From the human T2T-CHM13v2.0 reference genome, Homo sapiens, in the NCBI RefSeq assembly GCF_009914755.1, contig NC_060928.1: 64,000 nucleotides of DNA, one strand, 5' to 3'. The notes beneath the pieces are model-generated. The model did not search any database. It had not been told where the DNA came from and saw only the letters and a list, made by a program, of their open reading frames with translations. Shown here one piece after another: positions 16,983 through 31,300 of this stretch. Both the position numbers and the translations under genes were made by a program. The number at the start of each line of letters is the position of its first letter. Position 1 is the stretch's first letter.

Positions 16983-18226
16983 CAACTGCCTTGGTGTTTC
17001 TGACTAGCCCTGAGGACAAGCCCTCAGGGAGGCCTTGTCTATTGGGATCTGCCCTGTACAGTCCTAAAAGGGAAAAGATTCCCGAGGCAGACGTATTCCT
17101 CTGGTATGTGAATACTGTAGCTGGGATTGGGTAGAGCAAGGACTGAAGAAATTATTCTTTGCCAAGATTTGCCAATAAGGTCACATGCCCCAGGACGCTT
17201 GGGTGACCCTCGCTTCTCATTGGGTAAGTATCCCTAGAAAACTGTAGAGAACTGCAACGGAGCTTTTCATGGGTATTCCTCGGAACATTATTTCTCCACC
17301 TCCCCACACCCTGAGCAAACCAGCAATCTCCAAATTAGCAGTGAGGAACGCCTGCAGTTCTTGCAGTAAGGATGGAGGGGAACCCATCCACGGACTGCAT
17401 TTCTGCTCTTACTCTTGCTCCGCCTTCCTCTTAAAAACATAACTGATCGGGGTGAAATTTTATTGCTCCTTTAAGAGAAGCTTCACTGTAAAGGATGGTA
17501 TAGTAGTGTTGCCTCTGCCATCACCCCCACCTCAGGCATTTTCTGGTACCTGTTCCCAGATTTTACACAAACCAGGCGGATTCACGCCGGTGCCAATGTC
17601 AGTGGCCGCATCCCTCCGGCCGCATGGGGGAGCCAGAGCTTAGCAGGTGACCCGACCTGGGTTTGAGCCCTTCGTGGGATTTTCACAATGCAGCAGGGAG
17701 AAGGGAAGCCCTTTCTTTCCTCTGGGGTCTTTAAGCTGTAATAAAAATGTGAGTGGAGTTGATATCTCCCACTGCATAGGAAGCTTTCTGAAGCAGAAGA
17801 AAATGAGACTAGTATATTGAGAGCAAAGAGTCAAGAGTTAGAGTTCTGATGGCGTGTGTACCTGGATGCAGGGGCCCTTGAGGCTGGATCCCGCCCCGCT
17901 TTTTGTTTTGCCTAGGCTGGTTTCAAATGGGCTGGTAAAACTTGCAACAGAAAGAGCTCCGACTGCGGGAGCCACAGTCCTCCTGGAGTTCTAGAAGTTG
18001 CTTCTCCGGTCACACAGAGAGCAAACAAAATAGTCAAGGGAGACTATCATCCACCTTAGAGCTTGCTGGAGAAGTAAGGCAGCTTAAAATGGATGTCTGG
18101 TTATGCCCTTTTACTTAAACTAAGTTCCTTTTTTGGTAGCATGAGTTTGATAATTTTTTAATTTTTATTTTTCGTAGGATAGTTGTGAGGCTCAGCAATT
18201 CAAAATGTATAAAAAGGACAAAAACG

Positions 18227-18520
18227 ACCAGGCGCGGTGGCTCACACCTGTAATCCTAGCACTTTGGGAGGGCAAGGTGGGCGTATCACCTGAGGTCGGG
18301 AGTTCGAGACCAGCCTGACCAACATGGAGAAACCCTGTCTCTACTGAAAATACAAAGTTAGCCAGGCGTGGTGGCGGGTGCCTGTAATCCCAACTACTTG
18401 AGAGACTGAGGCAGAAGAATCACTTGAACCCGGGAGGCGAGGTTGCGGTGAGCCGAGATGGTGCCATTGCACTCCAGCCTGGGCAATAAGAGTGAAACTA
18501 TGTCTCAAAAAAAAAAAAAG
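18227..18520 (+). mobile_element. Alu (AluS-like)
   Basis: Full dimer; TSD GACAAAAACG on both sides. Confidence 0.95.
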
Positions 18521-18802
18521 ACAAAAACGTAAGTGTATGGTATAATTGTGAGGTGTTAGTTGATGGCAAATAAGTGTTTTCTTTTCCCTTCTCCATACAT
18601 GCTGAGATGATGTTGTCCTTCAAATATGAAGATAATTATACAAGATAATGCCACTTGAAGGGAAAAATTTCCAGGAACAGTAGCTAATGTCTACTGAGTG
18701 CTAACTATGTATCAAGTGATTTTTACTTGCATTACTTTATTTCATCTTTATGATAATTACATGCTACTTTTATAAGGTAGAGAACAGAGTTGAGGCTAAC
18801 AG

Positions 18803-19031
18803 CAGTGGTTTTCAGTCCAGGGCAATTCCCCAGCTCCACACCCTTAGGGGACATTTGGCAATGTCTGAAGATGCTTTTAATTCTCACGACAGGGGGGATG
18901 GGGGAATGCTACTGTTATATAGTGGGTAGAGGCTGGGGATACTGCTAAACATCTTCCAAAGCACAGGCAGCCCGCACAACAAATAATTATCTGGCCCCAA
19001 ATGTCAATAGTGCTGAGGCTGAGAAACCCTG
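18803..19031. mobile_element. MER20-like hAT-Charlie non-autonomous element
   Basis: CAGTGGTTTTCA ... TGAGAAACCCTG ends; internal GGGACATTTGGCAATGTCTG and GCCCCAAATGTCAATAGTGC. Confidence 0.85.
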
Positions 19032-19072
19032 ACTTGCAGAGAACTCAGCCACCCTGGCTAAGGAATTCACAT

Positions 19073-19356
19073 TCTTTTTTTTTTTTTTTTTTTGAGACAG
19101 GCTAGAGTGCAGTGGGGCAATCACAGCTCACTGCAGCCTCAATCTCCTGGCTCAAGGGGTTCTTCCACCTTAGTCTCCTGAGTAGCTGGGGCCACAGGCA
19201 TGCCTCACCATGCCCAGCTAATTAAAAAAATTATTTGTAAGAAGGAAGTCTCACTGTGTTGGTCAGGCTGGTCTCAAACTCCAGGACTCAAGTGATCCTC
19301 CTGCCTCAGCCTCCCAAAGTGCTGGGATTACAGGCATGTGCTACTGCACCCAGCCT
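19073..19356 (-). mobile_element. Alu (AluJ-like)
   Basis: Antisense dimer after poly-T. Confidence 0.9.
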
Positions 19357-19924
19357 CACACTTTTTTTTTCTTTTTTTCCATTTGGGAAGTCATTTCAAA
19401 GCTGATTTATTAAAAGAATATCATGCTTTTTCCACTTGGGGCTGGGGCCAGCATTTAGCAAAATTCAGAAAGGAGACATTTTTTTCTTTGCTATTCCTCC
19501 TCTTGTTCCTTTTTAATGCTCTGTTCTGGAGTGGTCTCCTCTGTCCCTAACTTATGGTTCTACAGCCTTGGTACTTAGGAGAATAGATCCCACCTCACTC
19601 CTTCTATCCTACTTCCAAGTGCCCTTAAAATGTACTCATCCATCTCCCAGCACTTAGGGAATCTGAAAAAATAATCCATGCTCCCAGGAGAAGGCTACAG
19701 GGCTTTGTGTCCTTTTACCTTCTTAGCCGAGCCTCCCAGTAAAATAATAATAATGCCTCCAAGCAGACAGGATCTAAATTATCAGCTAAATGTTCAGTCT
19801 TAAATGAGGAGACTGATGCCATCACAAACAGCTTGGTGGGGGCTTGGAGGTGGTATTTTGGGACAGAAAGAGAGAAACGTACGCTTTTAACCCCTATGCT
19901 ATACTGTCTCCACTGAGGGCGCAA

Positions 19925-19996
19925 ACACAGACACACACACTTTCACTCACACCCACATATGCACACACATACACACACCACAGGTGCACACACACC
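19925..19996 (+). repeat. Imperfect (CA)n microsatellite
   Basis: Interrupted ACACAC runs. Confidence 0.7.
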
Positions 19997-20252
19997 CTGA
20001 AGGTGGGTTCAGGTGTTCAGCATTATTGTTCTTCCAGTTTCTCAGATTCTAGGATGCTGCTAACAAAAGCATGGCAGGGACTGGTTTTTGTTCCATGAAT
20101 CCAGGGGAGGGGCCTGTATGACTGCCCTAAGGCTTCACCTTGCGGGAGCCGCAGTCAACAAAGCAGGCTGAGGATTTAACGTTTTACCATCCTTGTGCAG
20201 TGCAAGAGAAGCTTGTCAGCCTAGGATGTCTCTTAAAGTCTGTGCCACTGAC

Positions 20253-20362
20253 CTTGTTCCAGATGAGGACAGGTGTCGGGATTCCGATGACCTCACAGCT
20301 CAAGTACACCTGGGCACCAGTGACATTCCAGATGTCCTTGGGGGGCGTCACTATGGAAGGAC
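20253..20362 (-). CDS. IGFBP7: IGFBP7 exon 2 (GPSIVTPPKDIWNVTGAQVYLSCEVIGIPTPVLIWNK), start of Ig domain
   Basis: CTCTCCTGCAG acceptor, GTCAGT donor; Ig Cys and Trp; N-glycosylation sequon NVT; lies within ORF 20184..20501. Confidence 0.97.
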
Positions 20363-20949
20363 CTGCAGGAGAGGGCACAAAGCCAAAGTCATCTTTTAAA
20401 CAGTCCTTCACATGAGTCAGCATCTTAGGGAGAAAATAATAATTTTGTTTATGAGGCCATCCCCTTGATGGATTATCTGAAGCAAATTTCAAAGACCACA
20501 CTGGCTTCCTCCTGCCACCAACATGATTTTAAGGTCCACTTTGGGAATGCATAAATCTAAACAAACAAAAACAATTAGGAAGAAAAATGTGTTATTAAAA
20601 TTTTCTTCTTCCCCAGACCATGCTTAAATGAGTGCTAATTTACCAGCTGTTTTTTTATTATCTGGGACTTTTCCAGTAGTAATAAAATTTTAGTTCCAAA
20701 ATGTTCAATGTTTTTCTTCTTTTGTTTACCACTATTTCTATTTTGGGTTGGAAAGGCAACAAGCAACCGCTCCATGGGTAATGAAGAAAAAAAATCTAAG
20801 AGAATATTTGAAAATGTGCTAAGCACCCAGACAAGATGGAAGTCTCTGCTTCAAGAAGCTTAGGATCTAAGGTTGAAAAGGGTGATGAGGCAGGGAAGAA
20901 AAGAAACATGTGGAGTGCTGTGTGCGTCAGGGGATTGGAAGGGACATCT

Positions 20950-21268
<319 letters not shown>

Positions 21269-21673
21269 GGAGGCACCTTTGAACAGAAGAGGCCCGGGTG
21301 TCGAGGAAGGTGGTACAGGGGTCCTTCTTCCAGTGTGGTCAGGAGAGGCAGCTGGTAAGAAGGAAGAAGAGTGACTGATCTATTGGGTGTGACCAGGGTC
21401 CCCAAGGAGAGGGCCCTTTCCCAGCGTTCTCAGTGTCCAGGTCCCTGGCAGGAGGCATTGGCAAGTGGGGGGCACCCTCAAGCCACGGCCTAAATAGAGT
21501 CAGCAGGTATGGGGCCACTGAGAGAGGCCAGAGTGATGCTTCTCCATTCCCCCAATTAGGGAACACACCCCCCACCTTCTGTATCATGGCACCCTCTGGA
21601 GAAGTTCCCTACTCAGAGTCAACACAAACCATGTGTATCCTTTTTGCTATGAAAGTGGTATGACTCTCTGGTC

Positions 21674-22291
21674 CTGGGTTAGCTAACTATGGCCTGTGGG
21701 CCAAATCTGGCCTGCCATCTGTTTTTGCATGGCTTATGAGCTAAGAATGGTGTTTGGATTTTTGTTTTTTTAAATTAAGAAAAATTTTATTTTTTTGAGA
21801 CAGAACCTTACTCTGTTGCTCAGGCTGGAGTGCAGTGGCATGATCTTGGCTCACGGCAACCTCCGCCTCCCGGGTTCAAGCTCAAGCAATTCCCATGACT
21901 CAGTCTCCCAAGTAGCTAGGACTACAAGTGCATGCCCAGCTAATTTTTGTGTTTTCAGTAGAAACAGCATTTTGCCACGTTGGCCAGGCTGGTCTCGAAC
22001 CCCTGAGCTCAAGCGATCCCCCCACCTTGGCCTCCCAAAGTGTTGGGATTACAGGCGTGAGCCACTATGCCCGGCCTGCAGTTTCAAATGGTTGAAAAAA
22101 AATTAAAAGATGGATATTTCATGACGTGTGAAAATTGTAAAGGAAATGTCCATAAAATAAAGTTCTGTTGGAACACAGCCACACTTATTTGTTTCCTGTG
22201 GTCTCTGGCTGCTAGAGCAGTTGTGGCTGAGACTGTATGGCTAAAATAGTCACTGTCACTGGCCTTTTATAAAGAAATTTGCTGATTCCTG
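21674..22291. mobile_element. MER58-like hAT element split by an antisense Alu (21785-22076)
   Basis: AACTATGGCCTGTGGGCCAAATCTGGCCTGCC start and AAATTTGCTGATTCCTG end. Confidence 0.8.
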
Positions 22292-23749
22292 CTCTAATCA
22301 ACTGAGGGAGACTGATGCCTAAATAAGACATTATGGGAAAGTCTCAGGACTTCAATCCTTTACACATTTTCCAGAGCTGATGCAAGTAACCCCCTGGGTG
22401 ATTTCTGGTTTGGCTCTGAAACACAAAACTGTGGAAGCCAACAGATACCGAGAGAGCGGGTGCTTGCTGACTGCGCCTGTCCCCTGACGGCCTGGCTTCC
22501 CGGCATCTGCAATAGAGATGTGAACACCAACTTTTTAGTTACTGGTAATTAGTGTGTCACTTCTGCTAATTCTGAATGCCAGGGTTCAATCACCAGGGGC
22601 CTTCAGAAAGACTTGGGACCGTCCGCAGAGGAGGGTCATGGAGCTGGCAGCCTGGGATCCTCATGTGGGGCAGTGTGAGACTCCAGAACCTAACCTGGCT
22701 CTTATTCCATGCTTAGCATGGTTTCTTGAATGAATAAATTAATGATCCCTTCTGAATTTTAAATCTCTGCTGACTTGGGTCTCCTATCCTAGCAAAGTAC
22801 AAACTGCAGGGTCATCTTGCATCAGAGTCCTGGGAAAGGGACAACCTCCCCTTTAGGACTGGAAAGTTTTCTGGCATAATCAGCATTCAAAGGACATAAA
22901 GTCTCCCCTTCTGCAACAGGCTATTTCCAGCACAATATTAATTTCTTGAAACAGAAAGGAAATGACCCCAGTGTGCAAGATTTTCCCACTCATCTAAAGC
23001 ATTAGAAGCTGATTTTTTTTAATCTCATGGGATATTTTTATTTTTGTAGGAATGTGCAAAACAATCAAAAGTTTGGAAAGCTCTAAATACATTTCATGCT
23101 TCCTTCCCTCCAAACCATAGGTCTGAATAGGAAGCATATATCCTGGCCAGGGGGCTTGGCTCTTCTGCTGCAAACATGAATGTGGTGAGCACAGTGGTGC
23201 AGTATTTACGTTTCTGGCTCTGTCTCAGACATTTCCTAGTCTGGATGCAGCAATACAGAACCCTGCAAAGGGCTGGGCCTCACCCTATCCCGGGCTTCCT
23301 CTAGGGCTATGGGACCCCAAGGGTTTGGACACCACAGAGCCGGATCTGGCTGGGCTTTGAACTGCCTTCGCCCACCTCTCTGATGGCCCTCATGCTGCTC
23401 TGTTCTCCTTCCCACACACAGACTTGGCAGGAGGACTTCAAAGCTCAGGGGATCTCAAAGGATTGTTCTGAGAAGAGCATACCAGTTTTCAGAGATTTGA
23501 GGGGGAGCTCGGGAACAAAGCTGCTTCTCTCATATCCAAACCACACAAGGAATGCAAGACAATTTTATTGTGAGGATCTGAGGGCCTCAGCCCTGCCAAA
23601 ACCTACTTACTTTAACCTGTGTCCATCTCCCTATTGCCAATACAGGTAGCAGGGTCATCGGTCTTGGGCAGGGGGCAGATTCTGGAGTGCTAATGGGCAA
23701 GTTCCAGCCTGATTTTCTGCCAGAGATCTTGAAGACATGCTATGGATTT

Positions 23750-24175
23750 TTCCCATGGGATTTTAAAACAGATGTTCTTAGTTTTAGTATAGTCCAATTT
23801 ATCAAGTTTTCTTTTCTGTGGTTAGTGCTTTTCGTGTCCTGTTTAAGAAAATTTTTGCCTAGCCCAAGGCTATGAAGATCTCCTGTTTTCTTCTACAAGC
23901 TTTATGGTTTTACTTTTCACATTTAAGTTTTTGCTCCATCTTGAATTAATTTTTGTGTGTGCTATGAGGCAGAGGTCAAGTTTCATTTTTCCTCCCCTAA
24001 AAGGACATCCAATTGCTTCAGCACCATTTGTTGAAAAGACCATCTTTTTCCTAATGAATCATAATAATGCCTTTGTGGAAATCTGTAAGACCCACTGTAT
24101 ATGTGTGCGTCTATTTCTGGACTCTCTGTTCTTTTCCACTGGTCTATGTGTCTATCTTTGCACCAATAACTATGG
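23750..24175 (-). mobile_element. Old L1 ORF2 fragment
   Basis: CCATCTTGAATTAATTTTTGT...CAGCACCATTTGTTGAAAAGAC antisense L1 signature. Confidence 0.8.
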
Positions 24176-24299
24176 CATAATTTAGAAATTAATTGTACTA
24201 AAGTTGAAGCACTAAATAGAGGGCAGATCTAATATATCTGTTCCCCCCCAATCATCTTACTATTCCAAGAAGCAGAACACTCTAGGACAAGTAAGAATT

Positions 24300-24438
24300 C
24301 TTTTTTTATTTTTATTTTTGTAGAGACAGAGTCTTGCTATGTTGACTAGGCTGGTCTCAAACTCGTGGGCTCAAGTAATCCTCTTACTTCAGCCTCCCAA
24401 AGTACTGGGATTATGGGTGTTAGCAACAGTGCCCAGCC
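24300..24438 (-). mobile_element. Alu monomer (FLAM-like)
   Basis: Single arm; GAATTCTTT on both sides. Confidence 0.85.
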
Positions 24439-25089
24439 ATGAATTCTTTAAAAATACCTGAACCCAGGAATACTTTGAATGACAGCCATCGTCAGGGGAT
24501 TCAATATTAGGACAAATCATATCATGGGTTCCTATTTCTCTCTCCCAATGCTTGGAATACCTTAGGTAAACAGGCTGAGTCAACATTTGGATTATTCTAA
24601 GAATGTAAATGATTTTGTCAATCCTGCCACCAGGCTATTTCTAGAATTCTACAAGACTTCCATACCACAAAAATCTATAATATCCACTGACTCCTGCTGG
24701 GGTGATGTAGTGGAAGGGCAGAGGAGGGGCTGTTAGGACCAGTTTGCTGCACAACATTTACAAAAACCTTTGACTATTTCAAATATCCTTGAACAAATGC
24801 TGGGTTTACTAACACAATGAAAAGTTTAACAAACAATACGTAAACTGGAAAGTGCTAAGAAATAAGGCTACAGAACGGCCTTTTGGTTTTGAGATGCAGT
24901 CTCTTGCAAAGGAAAGTCACATCAATAAATTATTAGTGTAATATTCAAGGGACCAAACAGACCTCTTAGAGTACATGGAGGCGGGTTGGCCTCCACGTGA
25001 CTTCCTGTGTTGGAAGAATCTGTAGGGATTCAACATTCTTTCCAGTACTTTCTTCAGAGCTGATACCCAGTAGGATACCTATTTACTAA

Positions 25090-25489
<400 letters not shown>

Positions 25490-26509
25490 TAGAGAAAGGT
25501 AAATGAAGATACATGGTGAGAAAGAATAAGCAAGCGACTTAATGGTGACCCACAGGGACACCAAGAGGACAAGTCTTGTATAGAAGAGAAGAGATGCTGA
25601 AAATGTTTTCGGTGGATACAATGCCAGCCCCAACAATGCTGCACTCTCCTCCCCGACTCTCAAGAACTATCATCCCACACATTCCATTGATCAGCAATTT
25701 CACTGCCAACAATCATCTTGAATTGCAGGTCTGTCCTGCAATTCAATCCCTGACAGTTCTGTTCTACCTCAGGAGAGCACTCTACTCAATGACTCTGTAC
25801 CAAATAACTTCTAACTCTTTCCACTCTACCTTTCTTCCAAGAAGGGCAAGGCAGATCGAGAATTTATTTCTGTTTTTAAGAATAAAGAAATTTTTAGGTC
25901 ACTCTGAGCTAATTTTCTCATACAGAAAGCTCAAAATCAGTCCTCAAGGCCAGGTCAAGGGTAATAACAACATTATCATCTAACTCATACTCAGTGTTTG
26001 GATTCCGTTTAAAACAGGTCACAGAATTCTTAAATGTATAGGGACAAACATCAGGATAGGTCCAATTATTTATTTATCCTTGCCCTTGTTCCATTAAGAG
26101 CTCCAGACTGCTCAAACATCTGTCTAGCAAACATCCTGTTCATAGAATAAATGACTGTGCGCTGCCTCCCTCTGCCTTGTACCCACCCTCGGCAACTCCA
26201 GAAAGCAACCAAGTCATCTGCAGTGCTGCCTGATGTAAAGAGATGTCCACCCAAGGTGGACTACCTACATTTTTCTATCCAGATGACTGTACCCAAACCA
26301 GGCTACCCCACTTTCCTTTTACCTTACACACTCAATTAATTCTCATTCAATCTCTTTAGATCCTTCTCAACCCTCTAAATTCATTTTCTTGCCTTCCCTA
26401 TTTTTTATAACTCTCGCTCAGTAACTTTAGAGTGTCTCTTCCTTTTGATCATTCCTTAGAGGGTCTCTTCTTTTTGAACATTCCTTGAAGGGAAAGAAGG
26501 GAGAGAGGA

Positions 26510-26873
26510 TGATATGGTTTGACTGTGTCCCCACCCAAATCTCAAATTGTAGCTCCCATAATTCCCATGTGTCATGGGTTGGGGGGTACGCGGTGGAAGG
26601 TAATTGAATCATGGGGACAGGTTTTTCCTGTGCTGTTCTCGTAATAGCGACTAAGTCTCATGAGATCTGATGGTTTCATAAAGGGCAGTTCCCCTGCACA
26701 TGCTGTCCTGCCTGCTGCCATGTAAGATGTGACTTTGCTCCTCCTTCGCCTTCCACCATGATTGTGAGGCCTCCCCAGCCTCATGGAGCTGTGAGTCCAT
26801 TAACCATCTTTTTCTTATAAGTTACTCAGTCTCGGGTATGTATTTATTAGCAGCATAAGAACAGTCTAATACA
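26510..26873 (+). mobile_element. THE1-type MaLR solo LTR
   Basis: TGATATGGTTTG..TGTGTCCCCACCCAAATCTC start, CTAATACA end; perfect 5-bp TSD GAGGA. Confidence 0.92.
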
Positions 26874-27170
26874 GAGGAGGTGAAGGAGAAGGAGAAGAAA
26901 GAAAAAATGAAGAAAGATAGCCAGATCCTGAAGGAAGTTATAGCAAGGAAGAAGAAAGTTCTAACCTTGGAAGAAAACAAAAATTCACTACTATGAAATA
27001 CATCCTTGGAACAAAATTACATTTGTACTCCATAAGTTTATGCAAATAAAAAATAAACATTAAAAATAAAGTAAATTAAAATTCAATTTAATGAATCATA
27101 TCACCTTAAAAGTACTTAGAAGTCTCCTGCAGAATCTCCACCTAAGTCTGCATACTCCTCCTTTGCTACA

Positions 27171-27778
<608 letters not shown>

Positions 27779-29674
27779 TCCTTTGCCACTTTTAATTAAG
27801 TTCTAGACAAAGGACTCACAGACTACCAGATTATTTTAAGAATATTTGATTATAATCTAGAAATAGGTATGTTCTGAAAAAGTACTACTGATACAGAAAA
27901 GGTAGTTTTATAGATGGATGGATTTAAATTTGGAGTATTATGAGTTGGTTCAGAAGAATTTAAGAAAGGCAGTTCTCACAAAACACACAAATATCATGAG
28001 GAAAAGACTTTGACATGAAATTAATTTTGAATTTGACCAGCAATTCATTCCAGCTGATTTTATATAAAGTCTTGGTAGTGAGGACAGAGTTAAAATGTGT
28101 TATCCTATAAAAAGCACAGCAGGAACAATATTGAAGAAGTATGTGAACAATTTCCTAGTCCCTTACAGAGCACAAAGCACTCCCCAGCCATGACCTGAGA
28201 TGTCCTCATGATGTTACTATTTAAAAAAAAGAGACAAAAGCATTCTTGGGGACAGAACACTTGGCTCTGAATCCTTGTCTACAATTTATAGCCAAAAGAC
28301 CTTGGACAAGCCACTTAACCACTTTTACAAGATGAAGAAACTAGGAAGTGTCTAAGAATATCCTCTTTGGGTTTGGAAGTAAGTGAACCTATCATGAATG
28401 TGTCCTAGAGCTGGGACATAGATGTCAAAGATGCTTTGACATCTATGAAGTTCTGAAGTCTCACTGTCTGGGTCTGGAGCTCTCATTCTCTGCAAATCAG
28501 TTCAATGCATTTCCTCACCTACCTAAACACGATGTATGTGACTCATAACATGGTTCACTTCCTCAGGGATTAAAAAAATAGAGCTTATAAAGGTATCACC
28601 CTTTACCCAGTTAGCCAATTTTTTTTTCATCTGAAAGAGCTGTGTAGAAGATATTAGGAGAAGTCATGTTTGAAAGCTAAATATACTTGAATTAAGCCTG
28701 GGAAATGGTCAAAAGTCAAATTACCCCCAATAATCATTTCTGTCCTCCAATATCATATTGTACTATATATTTTTTGCTTCGTTGCTTTCTCATTTGCCCA
28801 TCATCTCTTCCATTTTTACCAATTCACTCTTCTATGTCATTTCTACCCAAACTCACTGTCTGCTCCCAGCAGTCCTGCTCACCCACCATTACATGTTCAT
28901 TACCCCTTCCAGCACCTTTGCTTATGCTGATGCCCTTACCTACTTGGAATATCTTCCCTCCTCTTATTTCTTATCACACTTTATTTGACATTCTAAGACT
29001 GAAGTTTCATTTCTCTTTGACATTTTTTGCGGCCTGACAGCTTCAGGCTCCCCCTTATTTCTTCTCTAAAATCCTGTTGGTTTCGGTAAGTTCCACAGAG
29101 TGTAGTGCATCACTGTTTTCTAATGCTTTCCTTAGCTGGCCTAATTGAGGATGCCAGCATCCTGTCGGAATCAGAACAGAACCAGGAACTACGGAATCAA
29201 AAGATCTTCATGTTCATTGGAAGGAGACAGAGCTCAGGCTGTGTGAAGTGGGTATAGGGCAGCAGTAACTTCAGAACAACATAACATGATTAGCCAAACA
29301 GAAGTGAAAAGATAGCCACTGTCTTGAAAATGCACCAGTGTACACATGGCCAAAAGCGTACACCTCACCAAAGTGGTGTTATAACTATCTTATTTATCAG
29401 CTGGCAGATTATTAATCATGATTTTCTTTAATCTTTCACTTGACTTTCTCTTGCCATAAGCAGTGTTTCTTGGCTACTAACCACTCACCAACCAATTAGT
29501 ATATGACCAGGAGATGCAAATTAATTTGAATATACATCACTTGAAGCAAATCCCACCGAGATGGGTAGGTCTGCTGGAAGAAAATGATTATCAATTATCC
29601 TCACACCAAAATCATGCTGGGTTATACTATTCACATTATGGTTCTCACTGAACATTTATTTTATTTTTATTTAA

Positions 29675-30288
29675 GTTTTTTTTTTTTTTTTTGAGACAGA
29701 GTTTCGCTCTTTCGCTCAGGCAGGAGTGAAGTTGTGCAATCTCGGCTCACTGCAACCTCTGCCCTGTGGGTTCAAGTGATTCTCCTGCCTCATCCTCCTG
29801 AGTAGCTGGGATTACAGGCAGCCATCACCATGCCCGGCTGATTTTTGTATTTTTAGTAGAGATGGGGTTTCACCATGTTGGCCAGGCTGGTCTCGAACTC
29901 CTGACCTCAGGTGATCCACCTGCCTCAGCCTCCCAAAGAGCTAGGATTAAAGGCATAAGCCACTGCACCTGGCTTTTCAAAAGTTTTTATAGACAGAGTC
30001 TTGCTCTGTCACTCAGGCAGGAGTGCAATGGTGCTACGATCATAGCTCACTGCAGACTCCAAACTCCTAGTCTCATGGATCCTTCTGCCTCAGCCTCCCA
30101 AGGAGCTAGGACTACAGGCAAGTGCAACCATGCCCGGCTAATTAAAAAAGAATTTTTTTTTTTTTTTTGTAGAGACAGGGTCTTGCTTTGTTGCCCAGGC
30201 TGGTCTCGAACCCTTGGCTTCAAGTGATCCTCCCTCCTCGGCCTCTCAAAGTGCTGGGGTTACAGGCATGAGCCACTGTTCATGGCCT
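29675..30288 (-). mobile_element. Two tandem antisense Alus
   Basis: Dimers at about 29675-29975 and 29985-30288. Confidence 0.92.
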
Positions 30289-31079
30289 CTTGCTGAGTAC
30301 ATGCTAACATGGCTAAGACATTTGAGTATGGGGACTTCTCCGAGTTATGATAGATTTGCAAACAACACTCACCTTGACTCTTGATGCTGGGTCCTGAAAA
30401 TAGTGTGTGCATTAATACCAAATAAGGGGAAAATCAGGGTTTAAGAAGGACCTCAGATACCACATATGGAGATAGAGAGTTCAGACAACTTGGCAAAAAT
30501 CCCTAGATTGAGATGAGATTCTGATAACACATTAAAGGGAACAGGAGCACACAAAAGTACAAAACGGGAAAAGAATAGTAGGAAGGCACTATGGCCAAGA
30601 TGGGGAAGGTGATGAAACAAGTGGAAGCTTCCTGATATTAAATAAGGGGAAGCAGTAACTGTATGGCTAATTAAAGAGCAGAGCCATCTGCCAAGGCAAG
30701 TCATTTAGGGAACTTCCAGAGGCGGGATGATGTAGCAGCTGAACCCTGGTATGGGAATCTAGCACACGGTCTCAGGGGTACTGGCTGAGGACAGCAGGGG
30801 AGGAGAAGAAAGTACAACAGCTTAAGCAGCATAGGCCAGATTTAATCTCAGGCTTTTAGTTTAAGGCAAATTCATCTAGTTATGGAAGCTACTGTTAGTC
30901 ATTTCCACTTTAGTGTGAATGAAGAACCAATAGTTTATAATAATGGGACCCTGCCAAACACTGTTTAGGGCAAAAGTGTGTAAGAACTGCTTCCTCTTCT
31001 CTAAATATAATCTGTTGGGGTGGTGTTGGGGAGGCTTAGCGCATTAAGAGTAAGAACAAAATGCTGGGAGGTAATAGAC

Positions 31080-31300
31080 TATAGTGACTTTGGAGCGTGG
31101 ACTTGGAATCAGGAATTCTGCTCTACCACTCCTGAGTTATGCAACATTGCACAAGTTATTTCACTTCCCCTGCTTTATTCATCTGTGAAATGGAATGATA
31201 GTATCCCAGTCATTAGACCATCAAAAGGATCAAACAAGATACAGCCATTAGCACAGTACCTGGCATGGGGTAAACATTCAGTAAGTATGAGCTGTTGCTT
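31080..31300. mobile_element. MIR fragment
   Basis: TCATCTGTGAAATGGAATGATA core and AGCACAGTACCTGGCA end. Confidence 0.7.

Noticed and set aside
25576-25983. 135-aa non-Alu ORF
   Set aside because: Non-ATG start and no recognisable domain; length compatible with chance
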